Shown here piece after piece: positions 17,558 through 27,556 of a stretch of 64,000 bases of DNA; within the stretch, counting starts at the first letter, position 1, and each line of letters begins with the position of its first letter. The notes below the pieces were generated by a model. It saw only the letters and a program-made list of their open reading frames with translations, had not been told where the DNA came from and did not search any database. This DNA is from Planctomycetota bacterium (GTDB taxonomy: Bacteria; Planctomycetota; UBA1135; GCA-002686595). A program made the position numbers and the translations under genes. The DNA lies in contig JBGATY010000002.1 in NCBI GenBank assembly GCA_044228955.1, positions 10,160-74,159 of the forward strand, written 5' to 3'.

Positions 17558-18612
17558 ACGACACCCTGGTCACGGTCTTCTTGCGTGGCGCGGCCGACGG
17601 GCTCGCGCTCGTCCCGGCGGTGGGGGATCCGAACTACCGCCGTGCGCGTCCTTCGAGCGGAGTCAACGCGGGAACGGGCGTGAAGCTCGACGAGGTCTAC
17701 GCGCTCGCTCCGGAACTCTCCGCGCTCGAACCGCTCTGGCGCGAAGGACGCCTCGCCGTCGTGCAGGATGCTGCCAGCAGCGACGAGACGCGCTCCCATT
17801 TCTATGCGCAGCCGCTGCTCGAACGCGGCGGCGCGAACGCGGCGGGAGGCTGGATCGCGCGCTATGCGATGGCGCGCGGCGGAGCGGTGCCGGCGCTGGC
17901 GTTCGGCTCCGCGCTGCCCGAGAGCCTGCGCGGCGGTGCGCCCGCGACGGCGTTGCAGAGCTTGAGCGACCTCGATCCCGGACCTCGAGTCGCCCATTTG
18001 GCCGAAACGCTGTCCGTTCTTTACGCCGAGGACGATCTGCTCGCGACGCCCGCGGCGAGCACACGCGCCGCGTTGAAGCAACTGCGCGAGCTGGAGCTCG
18101 CGCCATATCGGCCGGCCGACGGCGTCGATTGGGAGCGCGACGAGTTCTCGCAACAGCTCGCGCAGACCGCGCGGCTCATCAAGCGCGGCGTGCGGCCTGC
18201 CGCCGTGTGCATCGATCTCTTCGGCTGGGATTCGCACGTGGCGCAGGCGCAGATCCTCGCGCCGCTCATGCGACAGCTCGCTCTTGGACTGGCGCATTTC
18301 GCCACGGACCTTGGCGAACTTCTCGACCGCACCTCGGTGGTCGTCTACACCGAGTTCGGCCGTCGCGTGGCCGAGAACTCCGGGCTGGGCACGGACCACG
18401 GACACGGCTTTGCGATGCTCGTCCTCGGCGGCGGCGTGAAAGGCGGCTTCCACACCGGCCTTCACGAACTCGAAGCCGACAACCTGATCGGGCCAGGCGA
18501 CCTGCCGGGGGCCATCGATTATCGCGCCGTGCTCGCACCGGTCGTCGCGCGGCACGGAGTTCCGGCGGACGCGGTCTTCGGCGCGCTGGAGCAGCCCCCG
18601 CTGCCCATTTGA
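17551..18612 (+). CDS. DUF1501 family protein (sulfatase/alkaline-phosphatase-like fold), no evident signal peptide
   Basis: ATG at 17551 overlaps the DUF1800 stop (ATGCTGA). LVTVFLRGAADGL..., WDSHV, TEFGRRVAENSGLGTDHGHG. Confidence 0.85.
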   Translation: MLNDTLVTVFLRGAADGLALVPAVGDPNYRRARPSSGVNAGTGVKLDEVYALAPELSALEPLWREGRLAVVQDAASSDETRSHFYAQPLLERGGANAAGGWIARYAMARGGAVPALAFGSALPESLRGGAPATALQSLSDLDPGPRVAHLAETLSVLYAEDDLLATPAASTRAALKQLRELELAPYRPADGVDWERDEFSQQLAQTARLIKRGVRPAAVCIDLFGWDSHVAQAQILAPLMRQLALGLAHFATDLGELLDRTSVVVYTEFGRRVAENSGLGTDHGHGFAMLVLGGGVKGGFHTGLHELEADNLIGPGDLPGAIDYRAVLAPVVARHGVPADAVFGALEQPPLPI

Positions 18613-18708
18613 AGCAGGCGCGGGCCGCGGTCGATCGGGACCTTGGATCTGGTGAGTCGTCCATGGCACGAGGACGCGCGTCGCGCACAATGCTCGCGGA
18701 AGGCCTGC

Positions 18709-19050
18709 ATGGACGCCGACGCATTCCGCGAACTCGCACTCGGCCTGCCCGAGGTGGTGGAGCAGTCGCACATGGGACACCCCGACTTCCGGGTCGGTGG
18801 CCGGATCTTCGCGACGCTCGGGCCGGACGGAGAGTGGGGCATGGCCAAGCTTCGGCCGGATCAGCAATCGCTCTTCGTGACGGCCCACCCGGGCGCGTTC
18901 GAACCCGCGAGCGGCGCCTGGGGTCGCGGCGGCTCGACGATCATCCGCCTCGCGACCGTGAAGAAGCACAGCGTGAGGGAGGCGTTGATCCTGGCCTGGC
19001 GCAACACGGCTCCGAAGAAGCTCGTCCAGGCCTTCGACGGCATCTCGTAG
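18709..19050 (+). CDS. MmcQ/YjbR-family protein
   Basis: MDADAFRELALGLPEVVEQSHMGHPDFRVGGRIFATL... is typical of the YjbR fold family. ATG at 18709. Confidence 0.7.
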   Translation: MDADAFRELALGLPEVVEQSHMGHPDFRVGGRIFATLGPDGEWGMAKLRPDQQSLFVTAHPGAFEPASGAWGRGGSTIIRLATVKKHSVREALILAWRNTAPKKLVQAFDGIS

Positions 19051-19098
19051 CCGCGAAACGCTGCTGCCTGGTGCCTGGCCCGGCGATACCGGACGAAA

Positions 19099-21723
19099 TC
19101 AGCGTTTGTCCTCGCGCACGTACTGGCGTGGATCGAGCTTCCAGGCGTGATCGAACCAGCCAGCGGCGAGGATGCCCGCGTCACCCAACGACAGCACGTC
19201 GCTCGAGAACAGCGCGTAGTCGGGATAGCCGACGCCGGAGGCGAAGGGACTCAACGTGTAGCCGAGGCGCGTGCCGCGCGCCCCTGAGTCCGCGAACACG
19301 CCGACCAGCGCGGTGGAACGATTCGGCTCCTGCCCGGGAGCGGGCCGCATCGGCGTCACGAACACGGCGCTCAGGTCGTCGCCCTTCCACTCGCGCTCGC
19401 CGAGCTTCAGGCTCCCGCGCGCCGCTCGAATCGGACATGCATCCGGCAGCACACTCTTCCACGCCGCGTTCGTGTCGGCGTTGCCGTACAGGATGACGTT
19501 GCGCCCGACGAATCCCTGGCGAGACCTCGAGTAGTCGACGTCGGAGACGAGCTCCGGCGTCCCGTTCGCGCGATACCACCAGGTCTCGAGGTCGGAGAGC
19601 GCGCGCTCGCGCAGTTCGCGGCACTCAGCCGGTGTCCCGATCGTCCCGTACACGAGCACGAAATCGTGATCGAACGCGCGTTTGAACGGTCCACTGCGCG
19701 CGGGGCTTTTCTCGTCCGCGGGCGGTTCGTCGACGCGCCAGCCGGCACCGTCGCGCAGCAGGTACACGCGCACGACGCTCGACAGTTCGAGCGTCGTGTC
19801 GTCGATCACGAGCTTCGATCCCTTCCATCCCGGCACGGCGTCGAGGATCAGCCCGCGCCGCACGTTCTCGGTCGAGACGCGCAGCGTTTCTCCCGCGTCC
19901 CCGAGGTGCGAACGCCAGCGGCACGGCTTGCCGTACTCGATCGGCTGCATGATCCACAGCCAATCGAAGCGCGGACTCACGCCGGGATCAGCGACCGTGA
20001 AGTCGACATCGGCGGACGATGTGCGCGGCGGAGTCTTTTGGAACAGAGCGAAGATCTCCGGCCAATCGACGCAGTCGGCGCCGGGTGCCGCGTCACCGTC
20101 CCACCAGTGGCCGGCGCCCTCCTGATAGTGGACCGCGGGCTTCGCTCCGGCTGCCTCGAGGGCCGCGACCATCGCCCGCGCTTCGCCCACGGGCACGTTG
20201 TCGTCCGCCGTTCCGTGCAGCACGTAGGCCGGAATTCGCGCGAGGTTGCCGATCAGATCGAGCGTGCGCGATGAGCCGTCGGCGCCGTGCCACAGATCAC
20301 GCAGCGCTCCTGCTGGTCGCGTGCCGTAGGTGTCGAAGCTGCACCAACCCGCGCTGGGAGCGATCGCCGTATAGCTCCACGGATCGTTGGCCGCGAGGTG
20401 CCAGGTGCCGTGTCCGCCCATCGAATGACCCGTCAGATACGTCGTCGGCGCGTCGGATCCGCGCCACAAGCGCAGACTTTCGAAAAGCGATTCGACCCGG
20501 ATCAGTGCCTGGCCCGCGTCGCGCCGGCCCCAGTCCTGCCAATCGAATCCGAATGGACGACGGTTGGTGGGACAGACGATCCAGAAGTCGTCCTTCGCCG
20601 AATACGAACGCGCCTGAGCGAGCGCGTCGACGCTGGCGCCGTGCAGGCTGAGCACGATCTTCGGCGGCTTGTTCCCCGGTCTTGCGGCCGGCAAGAGCGC
20701 GAAATACTGAGTCGACGCGTCGATGCTCGAATCGAACGTGACGCGTCGCGCCTCGGCCGGCGAGCGCACGTCGATCGACAGGGGAATCTGGCTTTCGATT
20801 GCATCGCCGCCGGAGAGCAGCATCACCGTGTCGAGTTTCCCCACCTGAGCCGCCACGTCCGACCTGGGTTCGATCATCAATCGCGCCTGTCGCGGCGCGA
20901 GCGGCGGCACCGTTCCGGACCATTCGCGAGCGGCGAACGGACCCGGATCGCCGTACGAGGGAATCCATTCGAGCCCCGTGAACACCGGCAGTCCGTGGAC
21001 GAGATCGAACAGGGGCGCGCGAGTCCATGTCATCGGGCCGTGGCCGACCCGCAAAGACGGGGAGAGAGGCGCGTCCGTCGCATTGAAGAGCACGATGCCG
21101 AGCGGCCCGACGATCTCGCCCGCCTTCGTTCCGGCGATCGCATCGGGGCGCGTGACGTCCCACGTCGCGGTCACGATCGGCCCTGCGGGTGCCGACAGCT
21201 CGAGCGAAAACGCGCCGCGGACACCGGTGACGTACAGATCGTTGCCGCCCTTTTGGAGCGGAATCGGCACGCCGCCGAAGCCGTAGCCGTACGAGTCGCC
21301 GGTGAAACCGGCGCCGTTCACGAACAGGCGCGCCGCGCCGTCGAGTCGAGCGAATACGACGCGTTCGACTTCGGAATCGATGCTCGCGTATGCCCAACCG
21401 ATTTCGCCCTCGACGCGTCCGTCGTCGCCGGCACGAAGCGTCTGCCAGCGCTTCTCGACGCGAAGCTCGCCTGTCAGCGCGTCCTCTACCTTCGGCGAGG
21501 CGGCCGCGCGATCCAGGAGGTAGCGCGCGAACACGGTGTCCGGGCGGAAGGGCCTGCGACCTGCGACTTCGAGCGACGCGATCACGAGCCATTCGCGGAC
21601 GATGGTCGTTTGGAACGGCGGAGGAGCGGACGCTTGCGAGACCGCGATCGGATCTCGCGCAGCCAGGGCGACCAACGCGGCGAACCACGCGACGTTCACG
21701 GATCGACCTCCACGCTCATGCAC
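19099..21723 (-). CDS. large secreted alpha/beta-hydrolase (S9 peptidase/esterase-like catalytic domain)
   Basis: Nucleophile elbow GHSMGGHG and LHGTADDNVP acid/His region in the middle of an 874-aa protein with an N-terminal signal-like segment. Confidence 0.75.
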   Translation of the reverse strand: MHERGGRSVNVAWFAALVALAARDPIAVSQASAPPPFQTTIVREWLVIASLEVAGRRPFRPDTVFARYLLDRAAASPKVEDALTGELRVEKRWQTLRAGDDGRVEGEIGWAYASIDSEVERVVFARLDGAARLFVNGAGFTGDSYGYGFGGVPIPLQKGGNDLYVTGVRGAFSLELSAPAGPIVTATWDVTRPDAIAGTKAGEIVGPLGIVLFNATDAPLSPSLRVGHGPMTWTRAPLFDLVHGLPVFTGLEWIPSYGDPGPFAAREWSGTVPPLAPRQARLMIEPRSDVAAQVGKLDTVMLLSGGDAIESQIPLSIDVRSPAEARRVTFDSSIDASTQYFALLPAARPGNKPPKIVLSLHGASVDALAQARSYSAKDDFWIVCPTNRRPFGFDWQDWGRRDAGQALIRVESLFESLRLWRGSDAPTTYLTGHSMGGHGTWHLAANDPWSYTAIAPSAGWCSFDTYGTRPAGALRDLWHGADGSSRTLDLIGNLARIPAYVLHGTADDNVPVGEARAMVAALEAAGAKPAVHYQEGAGHWWDGDAAPGADCVDWPEIFALFQKTPPRTSSADVDFTVADPGVSPRFDWLWIMQPIEYGKPCRWRSHLGDAGETLRVSTENVRRGLILDAVPGWKGSKLVIDDTTLELSSVVRVYLLRDGAGWRVDEPPADEKSPARSGPFKRAFDHDFVLVYGTIGTPAECRELRERALSDLETWWYRANGTPELVSDVDYSRSRQGFVGRNVILYGNADTNAAWKSVLPDACPIRAARGSLKLGEREWKGDDLSAVFVTPMRPAPGQEPNRSTALVGVFADSGARGTRLGYTLSPFASGVGYPDYALFSSDVLSLGDAGILAAGWFDHAWKLDPRQYVREDKR

Positions 21724-21804
21724 TCGTTCATGCGGAGCGCACTCCAGATCCGCGCCGTGTACGCGACGGACCAGGGAATCGCCTGTCCAGCGGGGCCGGT
21801 GCCA

Positions 21805-23268
21805 TCAGGCGATCAAGTCGTGCTGCACCACGCCGGCCACGTCGGTCAAACGGAAATCGCGGCCGGAGTAGTGGTAGGTGAGCTTCGTGTGGTCGATGCC
21901 GAGCAGGTAGAGGATCGTCGCGTGCAGGTCGTTCACGTGCACCGGCTTGTCGACGGCCTTGAAGCCGAAGTCGTCGGTCGAGCCGTGCGCGATGCCGCCC
22001 TTGATGCCGCCGCCGGCGAGCCACATCGTGAAGCCGAAGGGATTGTGATCGCGGCCGTTGCGCGCCGAACCGCCGCCGGTTCCGGTCTCGACGACGGGCG
22101 TGCGACCGAATTCGGAGCCGCACACGACGAGCGTCTTGTCGAAGAGGCCGCGTGATTTGAGGTCCTTGATGACCGCCGCGAACGGTTGGTCCGAGTCACG
22201 CGCGGTGTCGCGGTGCATGAGGATGTCGCCGTGGTGATCCCACGGATCGTGGTTGGCGTAGTAGACCTGCACCATGCGCACGCCCTTCTCGACGAGGCGC
22301 ACGGCCATCAGGCAGCCGCGCGCGGTGCTGCCGCGGCCGTAGAGCTCGAGCGTGGCCTTGCTCTCCTTGCGGATGTCGAAGACTTCGAGCGCTTCCGTCT
22401 GCATGCGGTAGGCGGTCTCCATCGATTCGATCGCCGCGTCGAGCTGCGGGTCCCGCAGGCGTTCGCGTTCTCGACGCTGACGCTCGAGTTCGACGAGCAG
22501 GTCGAGTTCGCGGCGCTGCTCGGCGAGCGAGAACTTGTCGTTGCGCAGGAACTGCACCAGCTTCTTGGGGTCGAACTCCTTGCCCACGAGCTCCGCTTCG
22601 GTCTGGCGCTCGGTCTTGTCGGAGATGAACGTGCCCTGATGCACCGCGGGCAGGAAGGCGTTGTTCCACAGACCCGGCCCGACCGTCGTCGGCATGTCGG
22701 GACACAGCACGACGAACCCGGGCAGGTTCTTGTTCGCGGTGCCGAGCCCGTAGGTGAGCCACGAACCCATCGAGGGCCGGCCCGCCTGCGTGTGTCCGGT
22801 GTTCATCATCAGGAGCGACGGCTCGTGGTTCGGGATGTCCGTGTGCATCGAGTGCACGAACGCGATGTCGTCGGCGCACGAACCCACGTGAGGGAAGATC
22901 TCGCTCACCTCGCGGCCGCACTCACCGTATTTCTGGAAGGTGAAGGGCGAGCGCATCAGCGCGCCGGTCTTGCGCTCGGTCGCGATCTGGCCGCCGGGCA
23001 GCGGCTGGCCGTGGAACTTGTCGAGCATCGGCTTCTTGTCGAAGCTGTCGACCTGCGACAGGCCGCCGTTCATCATCAGGAAGATCACCGACGTCGCTCT
23101 GGGCGGATGATCGAAAGGCCGCGGGGAAGTGTCGTCGTCCAGGCGCGTGGTGGCGCGCGCGATCGACTCGTTCAACAGGCTCGCGAAGGCCAGCATTCCG
23201 AACCCCGAGCCGATGCGCACGAGCGCATCCCGGCGCGTCAGGGGTCGTCGGGTGAACGGCTGGAACAT
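21805..23268 (-). CDS. DUF1501 family protein with Tat signal
   Basis: RRDALVRIGSGFGMLAFASLL twin-arginine signal. CGSEFGRTPV...GRDHNPFGFTMWLAGGGIKGG. Confidence 0.9.
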   Translation of the reverse strand: MFQPFTRRPLTRRDALVRIGSGFGMLAFASLLNESIARATTRLDDDTSPRPFDHPPRATSVIFLMMNGGLSQVDSFDKKPMLDKFHGQPLPGGQIATERKTGALMRSPFTFQKYGECGREVSEIFPHVGSCADDIAFVHSMHTDIPNHEPSLLMMNTGHTQAGRPSMGSWLTYGLGTANKNLPGFVVLCPDMPTTVGPGLWNNAFLPAVHQGTFISDKTERQTEAELVGKEFDPKKLVQFLRNDKFSLAEQRRELDLLVELERQRRERERLRDPQLDAAIESMETAYRMQTEALEVFDIRKESKATLELYGRGSTARGCLMAVRLVEKGVRMVQVYYANHDPWDHHGDILMHRDTARDSDQPFAAVIKDLKSRGLFDKTLVVCGSEFGRTPVVETGTGGGSARNGRDHNPFGFTMWLAGGGIKGGIAHGSTDDFGFKAVDKPVHVNDLHATILYLLGIDHTKLTYHYSGRDFRLTDVAGVVQHDLIA

Positions 23269-23282
23269 GATGGTCCTCGCGA

Positions 23283-26200
23283 TCAGCGCACGAACAGGAA
23301 CTCGTGCGAGGAGAGCAGCACCTTCGCATAGCGGCCGAGCACGGTCGTCGGGCGCTGCTCCTTGTTCTTCTTCCTCGGATCGTCGTCCTTCACGCCGGCC
23401 ATCATGCCCGGAACCGGCGCCGGCGACATCTCCGCGTCCTCGTCGTCGCCCTCGTCCTTCGGCTTGAGGGCCTCCTTCTTCGCGGCGGCGGCTGCTGCAG
23501 CCATCACCTTCGCCTTCGCCGGATCGGCGGCGGCTTCCGCGGCCTCCTTCTCGCGCGCGGCCTTGCGCTCCTCGTACTCCTTCATCGGTTCGGCCGCGAG
23601 GTAGGCGAGACCGACTTCGATCTCCGGCTCGGTCGCTTCACGCCCGAACGCGAGGACGTAGAGCTTCTTGATCTTCGCTGCGTCGCCGGTCTCGCTCGCC
23701 ACCCGCTCCGCGAGCAACTCGGCTTGCTGCTGCATGAAGTCGCTGTTCATCAGGAACAGACGCTGGAGCGGGACTTGAGTCGTGAAGCGGCGTTCGCTCG
23801 TCGTGCTGGGCGAGGGATAGTCGAACAGTGCGAGGAACTCGTCGAGCCGATAGCGGCTGATGTGGCCATACAACGTGCGTCGTGTGGCGTACGGAGTGAG
23901 CTTCTCGGAAGGACCGCCCATGCGCAGATCGAGCGCTCCGCTGACCGAGAGCGCGGAGTCGCGCACCTCCTCCGCGGTCAACCGGCGCGGTGTCGCGCGC
24001 CAGTACAGGCGATTCGCGGGATCCACCGCTTGGCCTTTCTCACTGACCGTGTCGCTGAGCTGGTACGTCGCGCTGAGCAGGATCGCGCGGTGCAGTTTCT
24101 TCAGCGACAGGCCGCCCTCGACGAACAGATTCGCCAGGTAGTCGAGGAGCTCCGGATTCGTGGGCCGCTCGCCGCTCATCCCGAAATTGCCGGGCGTGTC
24201 GACGATGCCGGTCCCGAAGTGGCCTTTCCACACGCGATTGACGATGACGCGCAGCGTCAGCGGGTGCGCGACGATCGCCTCGGCCAGCTCCAGGCGCCCG
24301 CTGCCCCGCGTGAACGCGTGGCGGTCCTCGGTGTCGAGGACGGCCGGGAAGCGCGCGGGCACTTCGACGCCGAGGCGGAAGGGGCTGCCGCGCACGTGCA
24401 CCTGGATCGGCGTCGGTTTCGGCACGTCCGCCACGCCGTGCACGTACGGGTACTTCTTCCCGAGCTCCTTGCGCGCCTTCTTGACGTCGTCGCGCAACGA
24501 CTGGATCTGCGCCTTGCGCCGCTCGCCCAGCCAGCGCTCGAGATCGTTGCCCATGAACGCGAGCACGCCCGGCTTGAACGAGTCTCCGGACTCGTTCGTG
24601 AGCTCGAGCTCGGTGTCGAGATCGCGCTCGAACACGTCGGTCCACAGCGCGACCTTCTCGTCGGCCATGCTCTTCAGCTCGAGGCCGCAGCCAGGACAGA
24701 AGTCGTCGTTGGTCACGAACTCGTTGGGCAGGTTCGCGCGCTTCTTGGGCTTCGTCGTCGGCAGAGCCTTGGCGCGGATGATCTCGTTCTCCTCATCGAC
24801 CGCGTTGTGCTCGAGCACGACGTCGACGAGTTGACCCTGGAATTCGTCGGCCAGCTTCTCCGCCTCCTCGCTCGTGCCGCCGCTCGCGATCATGGCCTGC
24901 CACTTGTCGAGATAGTGGTAGTGCTTCGGCGGCTTCGCGAGGAACGCGATCCAGCGCGCGAAGAGCTCCGGATCGAGCTTGTCCTCGTCGACCACCGCGT
25001 GAGCCTTCCTCTTCGGCTCGCCGGTCACCTTCCACGCGGCACGCAGATAGCGAGCGGTCTCGAAGGCGAGCGACCAGGAAAGCTGCTCGCGGCCCGCGCG
25101 CTGGATCTTTCCGAGCAGCTTCTCCTTCGCTTCGAGCCGATCTTCGGCAACCTTGTATTCGTCGACGATTCCCTGCGGGACCTGCGGGTACTCCTTGTAG
25201 ACGGTGTTCTTGAACACGCTCGCCATCGAGTAGTAGTCGGCAGTGGGCAGCGGGTCGTACTTGTGGTCGTGACAACGCGCGCAAGCGAGCGTCAGACCCA
25301 TGAACCCGCGCGAGACGGCGTCGACGCGTTCGTGGCGTTCGTCGGCGCGCGTGACCTCCACCGATCCGTTGTCGTACAGCCACGGGCCGAGGCCCAGGAA
25401 TCCGAGTGCCGGCAGGAGCGACACGCGCTCACCCTCGTCCATCAGGTCCGCGGCGATTTGCGCCTTCACGAAACGGTCGTAGGGCATGTCGTCGTTGAAC
25501 GCCTGCACGACCCAATCGCGGTACAGGTACGCGTTCGGATACGGGTTGTAGCCGCGGCCCATCGGATCGAGGCTGCGCGGGTCGTCCTCGCCGTACCGCG
25601 CGACGTCGAGCCACATGCGTCCCCACGCTTCGCCGTAGTGGGGCGAGGCGAGCAGCCGGTCGACGACCTTCTCGTACGCGTCGGGCTCGCAGTCGGCGAC
25701 GAACGCCGAGACTTCCTCGGGCGTCGGCGGCAATCCGGTCAGATCGAGCGTCACGCGCCTGATCAGCGCCGGCCGTTCCGCCGGGCCGACCGGCGCCAGG
25801 TCCTCGCGCTCCATGCGGGCGAGCACGAAGCGATCGATGTCGCACCTGGCGAAGCTCGAGTCCTTCGTCTTCGGCACGGCAGGATGCGCGAGCGGCACGA
25901 AGGACCAGAACGATCGTTGCTCGGGCCCGATCGGCGTGCTTCCGGGCTCGCGCGCCGGTGCGTCGTCCGGCCAGAAGGCGCCGCTTCGCACCCATTCCTC
26001 GAGCGCCGCGATCTCCTCGTCGGGGAGCTTCGCGCGCTTCTTCGGCATCTTGAGCGTCGCGTGCGTGTGTCGCACGGCCTGGATCAACAGGCTCGCATCC
26101 GGATCGCCGACCACGATCGCTCGACCCGACTCGCCGCCCTTCATCAGCTCGTCGCGCTTGTCCAAGCGCAGGCCGCCGTCAGCCGTGTCGGCGTGGCACT

Positions 26201-26336
26201 CCTCGCAACGGTTGACGAGGATCGGCCGCACTTTCGTCTCGAATTGGAGCGCGAGCGGATTGTCCTTCGATTCCTGCGCCGTGACCGCAGAGACAAAGGC
26301 CACGAGAGCGAGTCCGATGACGGGCAGGAGTTTCAA
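23283..26336 (-). CDS. PSCyt / DUF1549 / DUF1553 multidomain protein (planctomycete cytochrome-c-domain family)
   Basis: N-terminal CEECH haem-c motif, CARCHDHKYDP (DUF1549) and HPLTLRVIVNRVWKGHFGTGIVDTPGNFG (DUF1553). Forms an operon pair with the downstream DUF1501 gene. Confidence 0.9.
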   Translation of the reverse strand: MKLLPVIGLALVAFVSAVTAQESKDNPLALQFETKVRPILVNRCEECHADTADGGLRLDKRDELMKGGESGRAIVVGDPDASLLIQAVRHTHATLKMPKKRAKLPDEEIAALEEWVRSGAFWPDDAPAREPGSTPIGPEQRSFWSFVPLAHPAVPKTKDSSFARCDIDRFVLARMEREDLAPVGPAERPALIRRVTLDLTGLPPTPEEVSAFVADCEPDAYEKVVDRLLASPHYGEAWGRMWLDVARYGEDDPRSLDPMGRGYNPYPNAYLYRDWVVQAFNDDMPYDRFVKAQIAADLMDEGERVSLLPALGFLGLGPWLYDNGSVEVTRADERHERVDAVSRGFMGLTLACARCHDHKYDPLPTADYYSMASVFKNTVYKEYPQVPQGIVDEYKVAEDRLEAKEKLLGKIQRAGREQLSWSLAFETARYLRAAWKVTGEPKRKAHAVVDEDKLDPELFARWIAFLAKPPKHYHYLDKWQAMIASGGTSEEAEKLADEFQGQLVDVVLEHNAVDEENEIIRAKALPTTKPKKRANLPNEFVTNDDFCPGCGLELKSMADEKVALWTDVFERDLDTELELTNESGDSFKPGVLAFMGNDLERWLGERRKAQIQSLRDDVKKARKELGKKYPYVHGVADVPKPTPIQVHVRGSPFRLGVEVPARFPAVLDTEDRHAFTRGSGRLELAEAIVAHPLTLRVIVNRVWKGHFGTGIVDTPGNFGMSGERPTNPELLDYLANLFVEGGLSLKKLHRAILLSATYQLSDTVSEKGQAVDPANRLYWRATPRRLTAEEVRDSALSVSGALDLRMGGPSEKLTPYATRRTLYGHISRYRLDEFLALFDYPSPSTTSERRFTTQVPLQRLFLMNSDFMQQQAELLAERVASETGDAAKIKKLYVLAFGREATEPEIEVGLAYLAAEPMKEYEERKAAREKEAAEAAADPAKAKVMAAAAAAAKKEALKPKDEGDDEDAEMSPAPVPGMMAGVKDDDPRKKNKEQRPTTVLGRYAKVLLSSHEFLFVR

Positions 26337-26401
26337 GCGAATGCGTCGGTGAGGGGGCCAGTGTGCAGACGAGACGCGCGAGTCTAGAGTGTACGGCCCC
26401 G

Positions 26402-27397
26402 ATGAGAACCTGTGGAATCGTGCTCACCATGCTCGCGCTGTGTCCTTCCTGCGTCACCGCTCAGGAGGCACCGCGACCGAAAAAACCCGGCGTGACTGCT
26501 CCCAACGTGCGCATCCGAATCGAGAAACTCGTCCCTGACGCGATCTTCGAAGTTCCGGGCACGCCCGACTGGCTCGCGATCGACGAGCAGGTCTGGGTAT
26601 CGAGCGCGCCGAAGGACCTCGTCGGACGTCTCGATCCGAAGACGAACACGGTCGTGGAGCTCGTCACCGTCGGCAAGGAGCCGGGCTCTGGCCTCGCGGC
26701 GGGCTTCGGCAGCCTGTGGGTGCCCAACTGCGGGGACTCGACTCTCTCGCGCATCGATCTCTCGACGGGCAAGGTGAGCGCGACCGTACCGATGACATTC
26801 GCGGATTCCGAAGGCGGCATCGCGACCGGCGCGGGCAGCGTGTGGGTCGTCACGGACCAGAAAAGCACGCTCGCGCGCATCGACCCGGCGACGAACAAGA
26901 TCGTCGCCGAGATGCGCGTCGCGCCCGGATCCTGCGCGGTCGCGTTCGGCGAGAAATCGCTGTTCGTCACGAGCTCGCAGGAGAACCTGCTCACGCGCAT
27001 CGATCCCAAGACGAATCTCGTCGTCGAGACGATCAAGGTCGGGCCCACGCCGCGCTTCCTCGCGATCGGCGAAGGTTCGGTGTGGACGCTGAACCAGGGC
27101 GACGGTTCGATCACGCGCGTCGATCTCGCGACCAACAAGGTCGTGGCGACGATCCAGGCCGGAATCCCCGGAGGTGGTGGGGAGATCGCGGTTGGCGAAG
27201 GATCGGTGTGGGCGACGTCGTTCGGCTACCCGATCACGCGCATCGATCCCAAGAAGAACGCGGTGGTGCAGCAGTTCCACGGTCCGGGCGGCGACGCGAT
27301 CCGCGTGGGGCACGGCTCGGTGTGGCTGTCCAACCTGCGCGCGGGCAACGTCTGGCGCCTTGATCCGCGGCGCATCGAAGCCACGCGCCCGGATTGA
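26402..27397 (+). CDS. secreted 7-blade beta-propeller repeat protein (YncE/NHL-like)
   Basis: ATG at 26402 and a signal peptide. Seven repeats of the form G.GS(V/L)WV......L(T/S)RIDP.TN.VV..I.V. Confidence 0.7.
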   Translation: MRTCGIVLTMLALCPSCVTAQEAPRPKKPGVTAPNVRIRIEKLVPDAIFEVPGTPDWLAIDEQVWVSSAPKDLVGRLDPKTNTVVELVTVGKEPGSGLAAGFGSLWVPNCGDSTLSRIDLSTGKVSATVPMTFADSEGGIATGAGSVWVVTDQKSTLARIDPATNKIVAEMRVAPGSCAVAFGEKSLFVTSSQENLLTRIDPKTNLVVETIKVGPTPRFLAIGEGSVWTLNQGDGSITRVDLATNKVVATIQAGIPGGGGEIAVGEGSVWATSFGYPITRIDPKKNAVVQQFHGPGGDAIRVGHGSVWLSNLRAGNVWRLDPRRIEATRPD

Positions 27398-27556
27398 GCG
27401 GTGCGCCGTTCGGGCGCCCCTTCCGGTCGACAGGTTCCTCGTCGGTTTAGGAGCGCGGTTTCCGCCTCGCGCCGTGGGCCGCGTTTCGCCCCCGCCTCGA
27501 GCGCCGGCGCCCGCACGGCGCCTCGGGGTTCAGTCCCGAAACCCGCGACGGACCCC

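Noticed and set aside
17299-18969. 556-aa minus-strand ORF, plus similar long ORFs at 16394-17437 (-) and 18129-19496 (+)
   Set aside because: Antisense or out-of-frame shadows of the DUF1800/DUF1501 genes. The translations are Arg/Ala/Gly/Pro-rich low-complexity sequence with no motifs, typical of non-coding frames in high-GC DNA.
23304-26387. 1027-aa plus-strand ORF
   Set aside because: It is antisense to the PSCyt/DUF1549/DUF1553 gene, which has clear family motifs. The translation is dominated by R/L/E/V repeats.
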